64,000 bases of DNA from Acidimicrobiia bacterium (GTDB lineage: Bacteria > Actinomycetota > Acidimicrobiia > Spongiisociales > ZC4RG35): contig OZ244034.1 in NCBI GenBank assembly GCA_965215185.1, positions 2,528,001 through 2,592,000 of the forward strand, written 5' to 3'. The position numbers and the translations under genes are program-made. The notes under the pieces are model-generated. The model ran no database searches, had not been told where the DNA came from, and saw only the letters and a program-made list of their open reading frames with translations. The stretch's first letter is position 1; each line of letters begins with the position of its first letter. Shown here piece by piece: positions 42,500 to 52,832 of the stretch.

Positions 42500-42542
42500 T
42501 TAGTAAAAGTGTTTGACAAAATGGCTTTGGCCTACATACACT
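42500..42542 (+). promoter_or_regulatory. Promoter with overlapping candidate ROK operator
   Basis: TTGACA (42513)-18 bp-TACACT; imperfect palindrome TTAGTAAAAGTGTTTGACAAAA over the -35, XylR/ROK-like. Confidence 0.5.
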
Positions 42543-42615
42543 CCAAGTCAAACCAGTCGGAACTGTTGCAGAGTCTCATGGTCTGCGCAATGGAAGCTAA
42601 AGGTAGGCCACGCAG

Positions 42616-43821
42616 GTGATTGAAGAGTCGGGCTCCGGGATGCTTCGGCTGCGGAACGGCCAAGTTGTTTTCGACCGATTCATTGAGGCCGGGAGGCAAA
42701 CCATCTCCCGGGCCGAGATCGCTCGCATGACCGGATTGTCCAAACCGACCGTCAACGCACTGGTTCAGGATCTCGAAAAGACCGGGATAGTGAGGCGCAT
42801 CTCCTCCACCCAGTCTCACGGTCGGATCGGTCGGCCTGCGGCCTCCTACGAGTTGATAGCTGATGCCGCCGTAGTGGTGGGCGTTGACATGGGGGCTACC
42901 AAGACCCTGGTGGGGGTCGCCAACCTGCTGGGAGAGGTTATAGCCATGGAGCAGATCGAGACGCCGTCTCATGCGCCTGCCGCCTTGGACGCCGTGGTGA
43001 TCACCGCGGCCCGGCTGCTGGAGGGCTTTGGTGAACCGGCCGCCCGTCTTGAAGGAGCGTGTATGGGGGTCCCAGGCGTTTACCGACCCTCGCTTGACAG
43101 GGTGGAGATGGCTCCCAACCTTCCCGGCTTTGGCGATCTGCCGATCGCGGCTGAACTGTCGACCCGGCTGGGAGTTCCGGTAACCATTGAGAATGACGTG
43201 AATCTGGCCACGGTGGGGGAGGCGAAGGCCATGGCGAGCCAGGGGGTGGAGGATTTCGCCGCCATCTCGATCGGGACGGGTATTGGTATGGGCATGGTCT
43301 TGGACGGAGAGCTCTACCGAGGCGCCCACGGGGCGGCCGGTGAGATTGGATCAGTCAAGCTGCCGAGGATGGGAGGTGAGGTGTTCCACGCCCTCACCCT
43401 GGAGGATGTCGCCTCGGCGCCCGCTATTCGCAAGTTGTTTCACCGCGCGGTGGAGGGGGGTCACCGCACCGGTCTGGAGGGTGACGCCGACCTGCGGTCC
43501 ATCTTCGCGGCGACCTTAAACGGGGACGAAGCCGCGACTGCGGCGCTAACCATTGCCGCCGATGCGGTCGCTTTCGCCACTTCCTATTTCTGTTGGGTGA
43601 ATGATCCCTCCATGGTGGTGTTCGGCGGCGGGGTGGGCGCCAATCCTATTTTTGTCGACGCGGTGCGGGCCAGGATCGGCCGCTATCTGACCGTGGTCCC
43701 GCAACTGATTCCCTCAACCATCGGCGGCCAGGCTGCCTTTCATGGCGCGGTCTCTACTGCCCTTTCCGCGGTACGGAAGTCGCTCGTGGCCAAGCGATTG
43801 GAGCGTAGGAACGAGGGATGA
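42616..43821 (+). CDS. ROK-family transcriptional repressor
   Basis: wHTH SRAEIARMTGLSKPTV..GRP; GVD.G, ENDVN, GTGIGMG and AGEIG motifs. Confidence 0.93.
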   Translation: MIEESGSGMLRLRNGQVVFDRFIEAGRQTISRAEIARMTGLSKPTVNALVQDLEKTGIVRRISSTQSHGRIGRPAASYELIADAAVVVGVDMGATKTLVGVANLLGEVIAMEQIETPSHAPAALDAVVITAARLLEGFGEPAARLEGACMGVPGVYRPSLDRVEMAPNLPGFGDLPIAAELSTRLGVPVTIENDVNLATVGEAKAMASQGVEDFAAISIGTGIGMGMVLDGELYRGAHGAAGEIGSVKLPRMGGEVFHALTLEDVASAPAIRKLFHRAVEGGHRTGLEGDADLRSIFAATLNGDEAATAALTIAADAVAFATSYFCWVNDPSMVVFGGGVGANPIFVDAVRARIGRYLTVVPQLIPSTIGGQAAFHGAVSTALSAVRKSLVAKRLERRNEG

Positions 43822-44397
43822 AAAGCCCAGCGGAGTTCATTGCGGCCGCGGTAGACGGTGACGCGCTCGTAGAGCTTGCGCAGGAGGCGGTGCGGATTCC
43901 CAGCATCACTCCCAACGAGGCAGCCTTCGCCGATTGGGTTAGGACCCAGCTCGAAGCAGGCGGCTGGAGCGAGGTCAGTCTGGTGGAAGTGGAGCCCGGC
44001 CGGCCCAACGTCTATTCCCGGGCTGGAGAGGGGGAGATGGACGCTCGGTCATTGGTGTTGGCGGGGCACTTGGACACGGTGCAGGCCGATGACTGGACCG
44101 CGGAGTGGATCGGCGCCGATCGAGCCGACCCCTTTGCCGGACACGTCATCGATGGGGAGATCTGGGCACGGGGAGTTACCGACCAAAAGGGGGGTATATG
44201 TTCCATCATCGAGGCGATTCGAGCGGTGTACCGGGCCGGATACCGCCTGCGCGGATCGGTGATCGGACTGTTCGTATGTGACGAGGAGTCAGGCCAGCCC
44301 GGCAGCGGCCTGTCGCTGGGGATGCGTGCCGCGGTGGCGGAGCTATTCGAGGGAGCAGAGCAGCGTCCCGCCTTTGCGGTGTACACGGAGCCCACCC
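43818..44397 (+). pseudogene. M20 (ArgE/DapE-like) metallo-deacylase, 5' half, interrupted
   Basis: GRPNV, GHLDTV, RGVTDQKG, DEE and EPT motifs, then homology stops and the ORF reads into unrelated DNA. Confidence 0.85.
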
Positions 44398-45317
44398 CCG
44401 GAGCGAATAGTAGGGACGTATCCCCAGGTCAGCGTGTTATAAACTTTGGCCGGTATCACTTATGTTATCTCATCGGTGTGAGCATTTTTGATGAGGGCAG
44501 CAGGAGGCCACCGAGGCCGATTCGCCACTCCCGGCAACAATCCCGTCACGAAGAGAGGTATCCCCCTTTAGTAGAAGTAGGAGTCGTCCATGTCGGGGTG
44601 GGGCCGAAGCCGGGGCGTCCACCATCCCGCTCCAAGCCAAGAGCCGACACCAAGACACTCCGTACGCTCGCTATTTATACCAAACCGGGAAGCGAAGCAA
44701 TCGCGGAACTGGCATCCACCTTTGACAGGCAACGGTCGCTGCGATGAGCCGCCACGGTTTGGGTCATCGTTGCCCACCTCTGGTAGAGGAGACACGGGTA
44801 ACCCGTGCTGAACTGATTGCTGTGTGCCTGGTCCTGGTTATCGAAAGAGGCGCCAGATATGATAGACCCCCGGAGAAATACGGTAAACGAACCCCAGATT
44901 GGTGGTTGGACCTCCCAGACGTCCGACAGGTGGCGTTCGAAGTCACTAGCAAGACACACACTGGAGATATGAGCACTTGGGCTGCATAAAAGTAGGGAGG
45001 CTGTTTCTGGCGGGCGCTTATGGCGATTGGGGGATAGTTTGATGGATCTTGCAACGGAAAATGAAGGACAAATACGAACAGGGACAACTCGCCGGGGTTC
45101 GCGAGAATGGCGCTGTGTCCAGCTGGACCAAGCTGCCGGAAGCCAGTTGAACGGTCCATTTCCAGCCTCTCAGCAAAGTCGCTATCTCGCCCGAGACCGG
45201 CCACCCCTATGATGTGTTCCCACCCCCGGCTGTCGGTGCTCGTTGGTGTGTCTCAGTTGATCGGTCTGAGCCACGTCTGCGCATGGCGAAGACTCGGTGC
45301 GACCATGTTGGGGACGC

Positions 45318-46475
45318 TCACTGGAAATGCCCGGCCGATAGTTGCCGAGTGAAATATTCGAGACCGAGACGAGGCAGAAGTCTCGCTATGCGTCCCGCTT
45401 GACCACCTTCTATCAGCAGGTCCGCCTCAGCCAGTATCTTCTCATCGCCGATTTCTGATATGTGCCTACCGTCGATGGACACATTTCGTTGTTTGGCTAT
45501 AGAGGCCTTGGCAGAGGACACGGTTGCGTAATCTCCTGCCGCCCGTTGGATGTGGGCGTATCGTGAGGCTTCCATTCTTGCGATCAAGTGCCTGTACTGT
45601 GCGGGTGCCAGGAAGACACTTCCAACTAAAGCCATTGCCCTTGACATGTCCGACTTGTCACGGTCTTTCATTTCCAGCGCTTCGTACAAGACGTTTGTCA
45701 CTTCGTTGGTAGTTGGATTCAGTAACGCAAGCCAGAACCACAAGGTGGCTTGACGGCGAAGGGCACTGTGGATTAGCAATCTTCGTCGGTCCGTGGATCC
45801 CGTGTCGAGATGGTCACGGTTGGTGAACATGTCCATGAGGTCCTTCCCGTCCAAGAGTTTGTCGGGCCGTTGACGGAAAAGGTCTACTGACCGAGAGAAG
45901 AAGTACGAAGTTGGGTCCAGTGTCTCCTCTCCTTTGGTGATGTGAACTGTCGAACCAGGATTCAACACGACGGTCTGTACCCCCTCAAAGATCTGTCGTC
46001 GGTCTTCTCTCTTCCACCGGACGAAGTCTGCACGGGAGGCTGGTTCCACTTTCGTGTTGTTGCGTACCAGGACAGCGCCCTTCCTGAAGATGTGTCTTGA
46101 CTGATCTTTGCCGTCAATACAAATCACCAGGGGAGGATCGGGATGCTGGGGGACGATCATTTCAATCACTACTGTCCCTTCGGGGCATCTCTCACGGCGA
46201 AAGAAGATTGCCACTTCGACACGTTCCGGATTGATGTGCTTCTCGACCAGGTCTCCTATCCGGGCTCCGTCCCATTTAGTACGGTCCTGTTCAGGTATCC
46301 CAACCCGCTCGCCATCGTCAGCAACACCAACCAAGATTCGTCCCCCCTTCGTGTTTGCCATGGCTACAACTTCCTTGACCAGTTGTAACTGATCTGGCTT
46401 GACAGTGGGATCAAGAGTCCGTTTTAGTTCAAGATCGTCTCTTTCCGTCTCTATCGGGGAGGTTGTATTGCTCAA
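45318..46475 (-). CDS. Schlafen/AlbA_2-domain protein with unknown C-terminal domain
   Basis: ERDDLELK, VAMANTKGGRILVGVADDG and VLVRNNT motifs. Confidence 0.85.
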   Translation of the reverse strand: MSNTTSPIETERDDLELKRTLDPTVKPDQLQLVKEVVAMANTKGGRILVGVADDGERVGIPEQDRTKWDGARIGDLVEKHINPERVEVAIFFRRERCPEGTVVIEMIVPQHPDPPLVICIDGKDQSRHIFRKGAVLVRNNTKVEPASRADFVRWKREDRRQIFEGVQTVVLNPGSTVHITKGEETLDPTSYFFSRSVDLFRQRPDKLLDGKDLMDMFTNRDHLDTGSTDRRRLLIHSALRRQATLWFWLALLNPTTNEVTNVLYEALEMKDRDKSDMSRAMALVGSVFLAPAQYRHLIARMEASRYAHIQRAAGDYATVSSAKASIAKQRNVSIDGRHISEIGDEKILAEADLLIEGGQAGRIARLLPRLGLEYFTRQLSAGHFQ

Positions 46476-46708
46476 TGCCGTGGCGACGAGTCGGGCGCAG
46501 CTGAGGTTGCCGCCCGAATATCCGGTCCGCCCCGCGAGAACAACCGAAAATCTGGCCTGTTGTGGAGCGAACTATCAACGATTCTCATCTTCTTCCTAGC
46601 ACCTTCCCAAACGAAATGTTCTCTGCATTGGCCCCGTGGTGGGATGTTGTCGACCACCCCTTGACCTGCACCTTAGTAGAGGCCCGTGGTAGAGGCGGGT
46701 TTCTGATC

Positions 46709-46831
46709 TAGGTAGAACATGATTTTTGATCGCATGGGCCACAGTCGTGGTGGCGGGTACCGAGGGGGGTTCTGGCTTCTCAGGTCTGGGGGTGAGAACC
46801 TGAGGAACCCCCCGGCATGATTGTCTACCTA
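46709..46831. mobile_element. Candidate MITE
   Basis: Ends TAGGTAGAACATG / CATGATTGTCTACCTA; internal hairpin GGGGGGTTC..CTCAGG..CCTGAGGAACCCCCC. Confidence 0.45.
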
Positions 46832-46890
46832 AGCCTTGCGGTGCTTAACCATTCGCGGTGATGCGGCATCTTGGCCCACTCCCTCACCAA

Positions 46891-47560
46891 TCAGAGGATG
46901 TGAGGGTTGGCTGGGAAATGTCGAGCAGCGCAGATTTCCTCAATGACTTCTGTACGCCAGCAAAGACCCAGGCCAGGGTCTAAGTCCGAAGACAACACCC
47001 GGCCGCTGTAGCAGCCGACGAACTCGGTTGCTGTACCGCCCAGGACCAGGTGGTCCATATTTGACGGGGAAGGGCCACCTATCGAAGGAGTCTTGTACGG
47101 GTCGGTGAGGTCCCATGTTCCCGTGTACTGGGCGATCACGGGGGCACCGGACATTCCCGGACGCGTTTGGCTGTCGATAAAGAAGGCTGGTAGTCCTTCT
47201 AGCGGATCTCTTTCTTTGCCCTTGGCAGGATCCTGCTCAAGTGTTATCGGAAAGAATGGTTCTGATGCGATGTATCCGGCTTTCCAGACGGGCAGGCAAA
47301 GCTTGACCTCGATACCTCGCAGGTAACCGAGAATGAACACGGGTACCCCTGGCTCGACTGGTATGCGATCACCGCTGACTGTATTGATCGCGCGATGCCA
47401 AAGATGTGACTGTTGCTTAGGCCAGTGAGTTTCAATGGCGATCACGTCACACTTGTGCCCCAACCCGGGGTGTACATACCAGACTGGTTTATCGTCTTGG
47501 AATAGGTTAATGTGTAGCGTTTCCAGAGACCGCTTCGGCAACGGCCTCGGTTTTCCGCGT
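46891..47560 (-). pseudogene. Trypsin-like serine protease, N-terminally truncated
   Basis: W..HP..CDV, VFILGY, LPVWK.G.IASEP, IDSQTRPGMSGAPV and GCYSGR motifs; the catalytic His segment is missing. Confidence 0.75.
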
Positions 47561-47633
47561 CTCCTTTGCCAGGCCCCTCCTCCGTTTGTTCGATAGCGAC
47601 CTAATCCTATCGGCACTTGGAGGGGTCTCCAAC

Positions 47634-47795
47634 CTAGAGAAGCGTGAGGATGTCACGTGTCTCCCATGGGGGTTCGTCGACTCCGGCGGCCATGGCGGGG
47701 GTGATGCCCCTTCCGAGTGCCTGGTGGGGGCGGACAAAGTTGTAAACCATAAAGTGGAGGGCGAGGGAATGTCTGGAGTTGCCCCGTTTGTGTGG
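47634..47795 (-). pseudogene. IS1-family transposase C-terminal remnant
   Basis: Manual translation HSLALHFMVYNFVRPHQALGRGITPAMAAGVDEPPWETRDILTLL*. Confidence 0.7.
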
Positions 47796-47801
47796 ACGGT
47801 T

Positions 47802-48300
47802 TGGTGGTGCCCCACTTTGGTGGAGTCGGGTTATTTGAAATTGGTGGTGTGACTGACTCGAAAGGACTCTTCATGCCTTATCGAATATCCCCGAGTTCCG
47901 TCGCAGGGCGCTTGATCTGCTTGCAGTTGGGTAGGTCGGTGGTGTCGTTGTCTGCGGTTCTTGGGGTGTCCGATACAGACGATCTACAACTGGCGGTGTG
48001 GGGACCGAATCGACCGCGGTCTCGACCCTGGTGCCACTTCGCAGGAACAGGCCGAACTGTGGGCCGCTCAACGTCGGATCGTTGAGCTGGAAACTGAACT
48101 GGCTGTGACCAAGCGGGCTATGGAACTGCTGAAAGCCCAGGTGGCGTGTCGAGTGTTCGGAGTGTCAGAGTCTGGGTTCTACGCTTGGAGGTCCCGCCCG
48201 CCCTCAGCCCGCTTGCATCCGCCACGTCTGGTTGACCGACATCATCCACCACATCCATGAACAGTCACGCGGTCCGTATGGGGCACCGCGGGGGCACGCC
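47802..48300 (+). mobile_element. IS3-family remnant (left end, frameshifted orfA, start of orfB)
   Basis: TG end; QTIYNW..IDRG, IVELETEL and CRVFGVSESGFYAWRSRPPSAR motifs. Confidence 0.75.
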
Positions 48301-48309
48301 GAACTGCGA

Positions 48310-48500
48310 GACCGCGGCCATTTTTGACGAGGCTGTTGAGGTTCTGGATTTGCATTCTTCCGCCGTACCGTTTTTTCCAGGCGGGAGTGCCGAAGGGAAT
48401 GTGCTGGTAGGTGTCGAGTTTTTCGACGGGGATGGTTAGGGTGCCTTTGCAGCAGTATTCTTGGTTGATGGGGGTGGCGTAGGGTGTTTTGACAGAAACG
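48310..48500 (-). pseudogene. C-terminal fragment of a DDE-type transposase
   Basis: Manual translation CCKGTLTIPVEKLDTYQHIPFGTPAWKKRYGGRMQIQNLNSLVK; homologous to the fragment at 54997-55850. Confidence 0.55.
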
Positions 48501-48924
48501 GGCGCGGAATCAGGCTGGGCAGCGTGCTCCAGATCACGGATCTCCCTCCGGCGACGGCCATGAACCCGCTGGCACGAATGACCACAACACGGACACGACG
48601 ACCTCGGGCGGTGTTAGCTCTTGCCGTAACCGATACCCTCATTCGTGGGGTCAGAATGTGTGACACACCCGCTGAAAAAGTGTGACACGCTCCCGAACCC
48701 CCCTACAGCACCCCAGGTCAGGGGTGGTGGCAAACTGCCCAAATAGGGACAGCACCAACTGTTTGTCAGCGGTGATGTGATAGGTTTGCGGAATACCAAA
48801 CGGTGAGAAGAGATCTCCCGTCACGTTCCGTGTTAGAGCCACCAGCGAGGGTCCCGGCGCTGCTGCACCCGTCTATCGGTGTGGTGCGTTTGCCTATAGG
48901 GGTATCCCCTCCCACGCACCTAGC

Positions 48925-49979
48925 TGTACTTCCCAGGGACATGGTTGACAGTTAGGTGTTTGGTTGTTGAGGGCCTCCCTGGTTTGATTCGTGGGTGGAA
49001 TGAATCCTCGAGTCAGAAGGAAGGCCCTCGTGAGAACCAACTGTAGAAAGTTGACACCGTTCGGTAGGCGGTTGTTGGTGGATCGGATCTTGGTGGAAGG
49101 CTGGCCAGCGGCCCGCGCCGCCGAGTCGGTGGGGGTGTCCCGCCAGACCGCCTACCGGTGGCTGCGACGCTTCCGGGAGGAAGGCGAAGCCGGGCTCCTG
49201 GACCGTTCCTCGCGGCCTCGTCACAGTCCCAACCGGGTCTCTTCGGAGATGGAAAAGCGGATCATGGAGGATCGGGTCACCGAACGGGAAGGCCCTCATT
49301 TGATGGCCGGGCGGCTGGGGGTACCGCGTTCCACCATCTACCGGGTGCTCCGTCGCCGGGGCCTGTCCCGCCTCTCCGATTTGGACCGCACCACCGCCAC
49401 CCCGATCCGCTACGAAAAAGACTGCCCAGGTGAACTGGTACACGTCGACATCAAGAAACTGGGCAGAATACCCCGCGGGGGCGGCTGGCGGGTCCTGGGC
49501 CAACCGAAGGCGGGACCCAAACAGAGGGTGGGATATGAATATGTGCACTCCATGGTCGATGACCACACTCGCATGGCCTACCCGGGAAGTGCTCGACTCC
49601 CAAGACGCCCAAGCCTGCGCACAGTTCATGCTCCGCGCCGCTCGCTGGTTTACCACCTGGGGGTATCGCATCGACCGGGTGATGACCGACAACGCCATGG
49701 CCTACCGCCGAAGCCGGGCCTTCGCCGATGCCCTCACACAGATCGGCGCCGCTCACAAACTGACCCGTCCCTACCGACCCCAGACCAACGGCAAGGTGGA
49801 ACGGTTCCACCAGACCCTGCTGGGAGGCTGGGCCTACAAACGCCCCTATGACACCAACCAGCAACGCCGCCAAGCCCTCACCAGGTTCCTCCGCACCTAC
49901 AATCACCACCGACCCCACAGCTCACTGGGAGACCAACCACCCATCACCCGCCTCGTAACCCACCTCTGTGGGAAGGACA
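48925..49979 (+). mobile_element. IS481-family element with frameshifted transposase
   Basis: Ends TGTACTTCCCAG / TGGGAAGGACA; 6-bp target duplication CCTAGC; HVDIKKLG, TDNA and PQTNGKVERF motifs; frameshift near 49580. Confidence 0.9.
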
Positions 49980-50174
49980 CCTAGCGTCCCTCATTGGTCT
50001 GAGTTGCCCCCGATGGAAATGCCCGAGTGACAGCCCGGAGTTTGTCAGGATCTGTGAACCAATGCACAGGTCACCGGCCGCTCCCGCCTTGCTGGCATGC
50101 CGCGCTAAGACCCCTAAACCATTGATCACATCCCCAACCACTTCCTCGTCCCAAACCGGCTTCAGTTGATCAAC

Positions 50175-50453
50175 CAGCAGTCGGGCGGCGCCCAGTTCGC
50201 CCTGTTCCGCTGAGGTTATCCCTGGTTCGAGACCGCGGTCGATTCGGCCCCCACGCCCCCAGTTGTAGATCGTCTGGTCCGACACTCCTAGATCCGCAGA
50301 CAACGACGCTACCGACCTACCAGCTGCAAACAGGTCCAGCACTCTGCGACGGAACTCGGGTGAACATTTCGATAAGGCATGAAGGCCCTCCTTTCTGGGT
50401 CGGTCATACCACCAAATTCAAAATCCCGACTCCACCAAAGTGGGATACCACCA
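50175..50453 (-). mobile_element. IS3-family left-end remnant, inverted paralog of 47802-48100
   Basis: Shares TGGTGGT..CCCACTTTGGTGGAGTCGGG and the orfA start with the copy at 47802. Confidence 0.75.
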
Positions 50454-51315
50454 TAGCAACACCCTGGCCTTTAGGCTGGTTTGACAGAGAAGGGCGTTTA
50501 GAGTTGGGCCCTGCCCCCCCTTTCGGGCTGGCGGGTGCCTGCCAGGCCCCCTTGTCGGTCAAGGCCCCCCGACCGAATCCCCCACCGGCCACAAGCCCGG
50601 GGTCGCCCCCTTTTTTCCGGAACGGTCTCAAGGGCGTCTCCCGCCACGGGCGCCGCCGACCCGGAAACGGCCCCATCCCAGTTTGCCCAGGCTGTCGGGA
50701 GGGTGTGATCGGAAACCGGTGGGACTGGAACGGGGAGAAGGGGAGGGGCTTTGTTCAGGGGTGGAGTGATCGGCGCAAGGGGAGAGGAAAGTTTAGGCTG
50801 GAGGTCGACAGGGTTTCTGTTGTGCGGTGGTTCAAGCCGGTAGACAAACGGGGTGGAAAGATCGGTCGTTGCGGGAAAGAAATCGTGTGTGGGCAATCCA
50901 CACGTTTGCACTAAACTGCCGAAATGTTCGCCATCGCGTTTTCCCAGGTCACAGACCCCATCACGGGAATGACCGACAACGACCAGAAACGACCACCGGG
51001 GTGTTGCATCCTGGGTCCATGTTGTCAATCGGGAAGATCAGCGTCGCCCACCACTCGTCCTACACCTCAAGGGCGGCGACCAGCCGCGGTGGGTAATACA
51101 CCGACGGCGGCCGCGCCGGTGATTGGCTGAACTCGGGCAGGTTGGGAGTAGCAGCCGGGGAGCTGGTTTCACCCGGCGCATAGCAGGCATCGTTGAGTGC
51201 GGTGGATCCGCCCAGCGGCGCCCAGTTGGGTCGCCGGTTTGAGGTGGGTGGGACTTTCGTGGACTCCTTGGGAGTTCAGCGGGAACAGCGGCCGTGCGCG
51301 GCGTATGACATCAAC

Positions 51316-51645
51316 CTATTCGCCGCCGAAGTCGTTTTCGGTGGCTTGGGCGCTGGCGATACTGATACCAGAGCAGAGTTGGAAGCGGCGTTCGATATGA
51401 GTTGTCAGGCAGCGGTTGATCACGTCCAAGAGAGGGCGGTAGCTTCCCGGAAGGGAGCGGGCGGTGTGAAGCGGGTGGAGGTTCCCGAAGGAGCGCCGTC
51501 CTCCAACGGCCTCATCGAGGGCATCAACAATCTCATCGAGGCTCAACGGACCAAGATCAGATCGCCTAAGGTCGGCGGGGTCTGCGCCAACGATTTCGTA
51601 AAGGAGCTTCCCTAGTTCGGCTATTGTTTCTTCAGTTGCTGGCAT
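51316..51645 (-). CDS. Hypothetical protein or gene fragment
   Basis: Protein-like composition; GGAG before the ATG. Confidence 0.4.
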   Translation of the reverse strand: MPATEETIAELGKLLYEIVGADPADLRRSDLGPLSLDEIVDALDEAVGGRRSFGNLHPLHTARSLPGSYRPLLDVINRCLTTHIERRFQLCSGISIASAQATENDFGGE

Positions 51646-51852
51646 CGCATCTCCGACAAGAGCCTGGGTGGTTTATCTACAGTGACTAGTTACACCGCTG
51701 GTATTTGCTTTACCCCAGCGGGGGATCTAGGTTCTTGTCGGCGCAGTGACCTGTGGCTTTCCCCTCAAAGCGAACCATGACCATTAGACTCCTCGACCCA
51801 TCGCGGCAGGGACTATCGTAGCGACCCTGCGCGACCCCTGACTGGATTTGCC

Positions 51853-52383
51853 GTGATTGAAGCGTACGCTCGGATGTTGAGAAACTACATGGTTTTTGGC
51901 GGGCGCACAACACGGTCCGATTTCTGGTCATTCGTGCTGGTTCACAGCATGATAACCCTTGTCACATTGATACTCTCAGGCACCCTTCACGACGCGTTCG
52001 GCATACTCTTGGCACTGTACCTCCTAGCGACGCTAATGCCTACCGCGGCCGGAGTAGTCAGACGCCTACATGACACTGGCAGAGGCTTCTGGTGGCTGCC
52101 TGTGGGCGTCGGTCTGCCCGCCGTGGCCTCTGCAATGGTCGCAATAGGTTTCCAACTCTCGGGAGTGGGTTTCGCGCTTGGACTGTTCACAGCGATCATC
52201 CATGGAGAACATGACGCTGTAAGGGAAGGCGAACGCTTGTTCCTCCTTGGTGCTTGGCTTATTGTTTTCAGCGCGTTAGCAGCGGTCGTAGGCGGGATAC
52301 TGGCGATTGCCCTCCTGGTGTTATTGGCGGCCCCTGGTAACACAGGAAAAAACAAGTACGGCCCACAGCCGAAAAGCTCGTAA
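51853..52383 (+). CDS. DUF805-family membrane protein
   Basis: NY..F.GR..R.DFW, VRRLHDTGR and NKYGP.P motifs. Confidence 0.9.
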   Translation: MIEAYARMLRNYMVFGGRTTRSDFWSFVLVHSMITLVTLILSGTLHDAFGILLALYLLATLMPTAAGVVRRLHDTGRGFWWLPVGVGLPAVASAMVAIGFQLSGVGFALGLFTAIIHGEHDAVREGERLFLLGAWLIVFSALAAVVGGILAIALLVLLAAPGNTGKNKYGPQPKSS

Positions 52384-52832
52384 CGGTTCCTACGCGTCTC
52401 AGAGAGCGGGCTCACCTTGAATTCTTTCTTCAGGGGACCGATTGAGGCAAGCGCAGAGAAGACCTCGGTTTACACAATCTGCCTGCTGTCTTAGACAAAG
52501 TGCTCGCCGCGGTTGGTCATCAGCGGGATATCGAGGGTTCCCGGTCTTCCTTACAGTTGGACCTGTAGGGGGGATAACCCTTGTTGCTGGTACACGGCAG
52601 CATGAAACCAAGCTTCCGAGGCTTTAGGGTGTATCCGCCTTATCGATTGTCTTGAGGTGCGGCAACCGTCGGGGTTGGGCCGGTGGGGATAGTGCAGTGG
52701 CTTTCTGTTTGGCTCGCCAGGTCCAAAATAGTCTGCTCCTTTTGGCCTGAGGCACCGTGACGTGAATATAAGCTGATGGTGATCTAGATATAAGCTGATT
52801 CCTCACATTTAGACCTATCGAAAGGGGACACC

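Noticed and set aside
44398-44747. C-terminal part of the 309-aa M20 ORF
   Set aside because: Read-through into island DNA with no M20 similarity.
51316-51645. Acyl-carrier-protein-like motif DLGPLSLDEIV
   Set aside because: Lacks the DSL signature and has no biosynthetic context.
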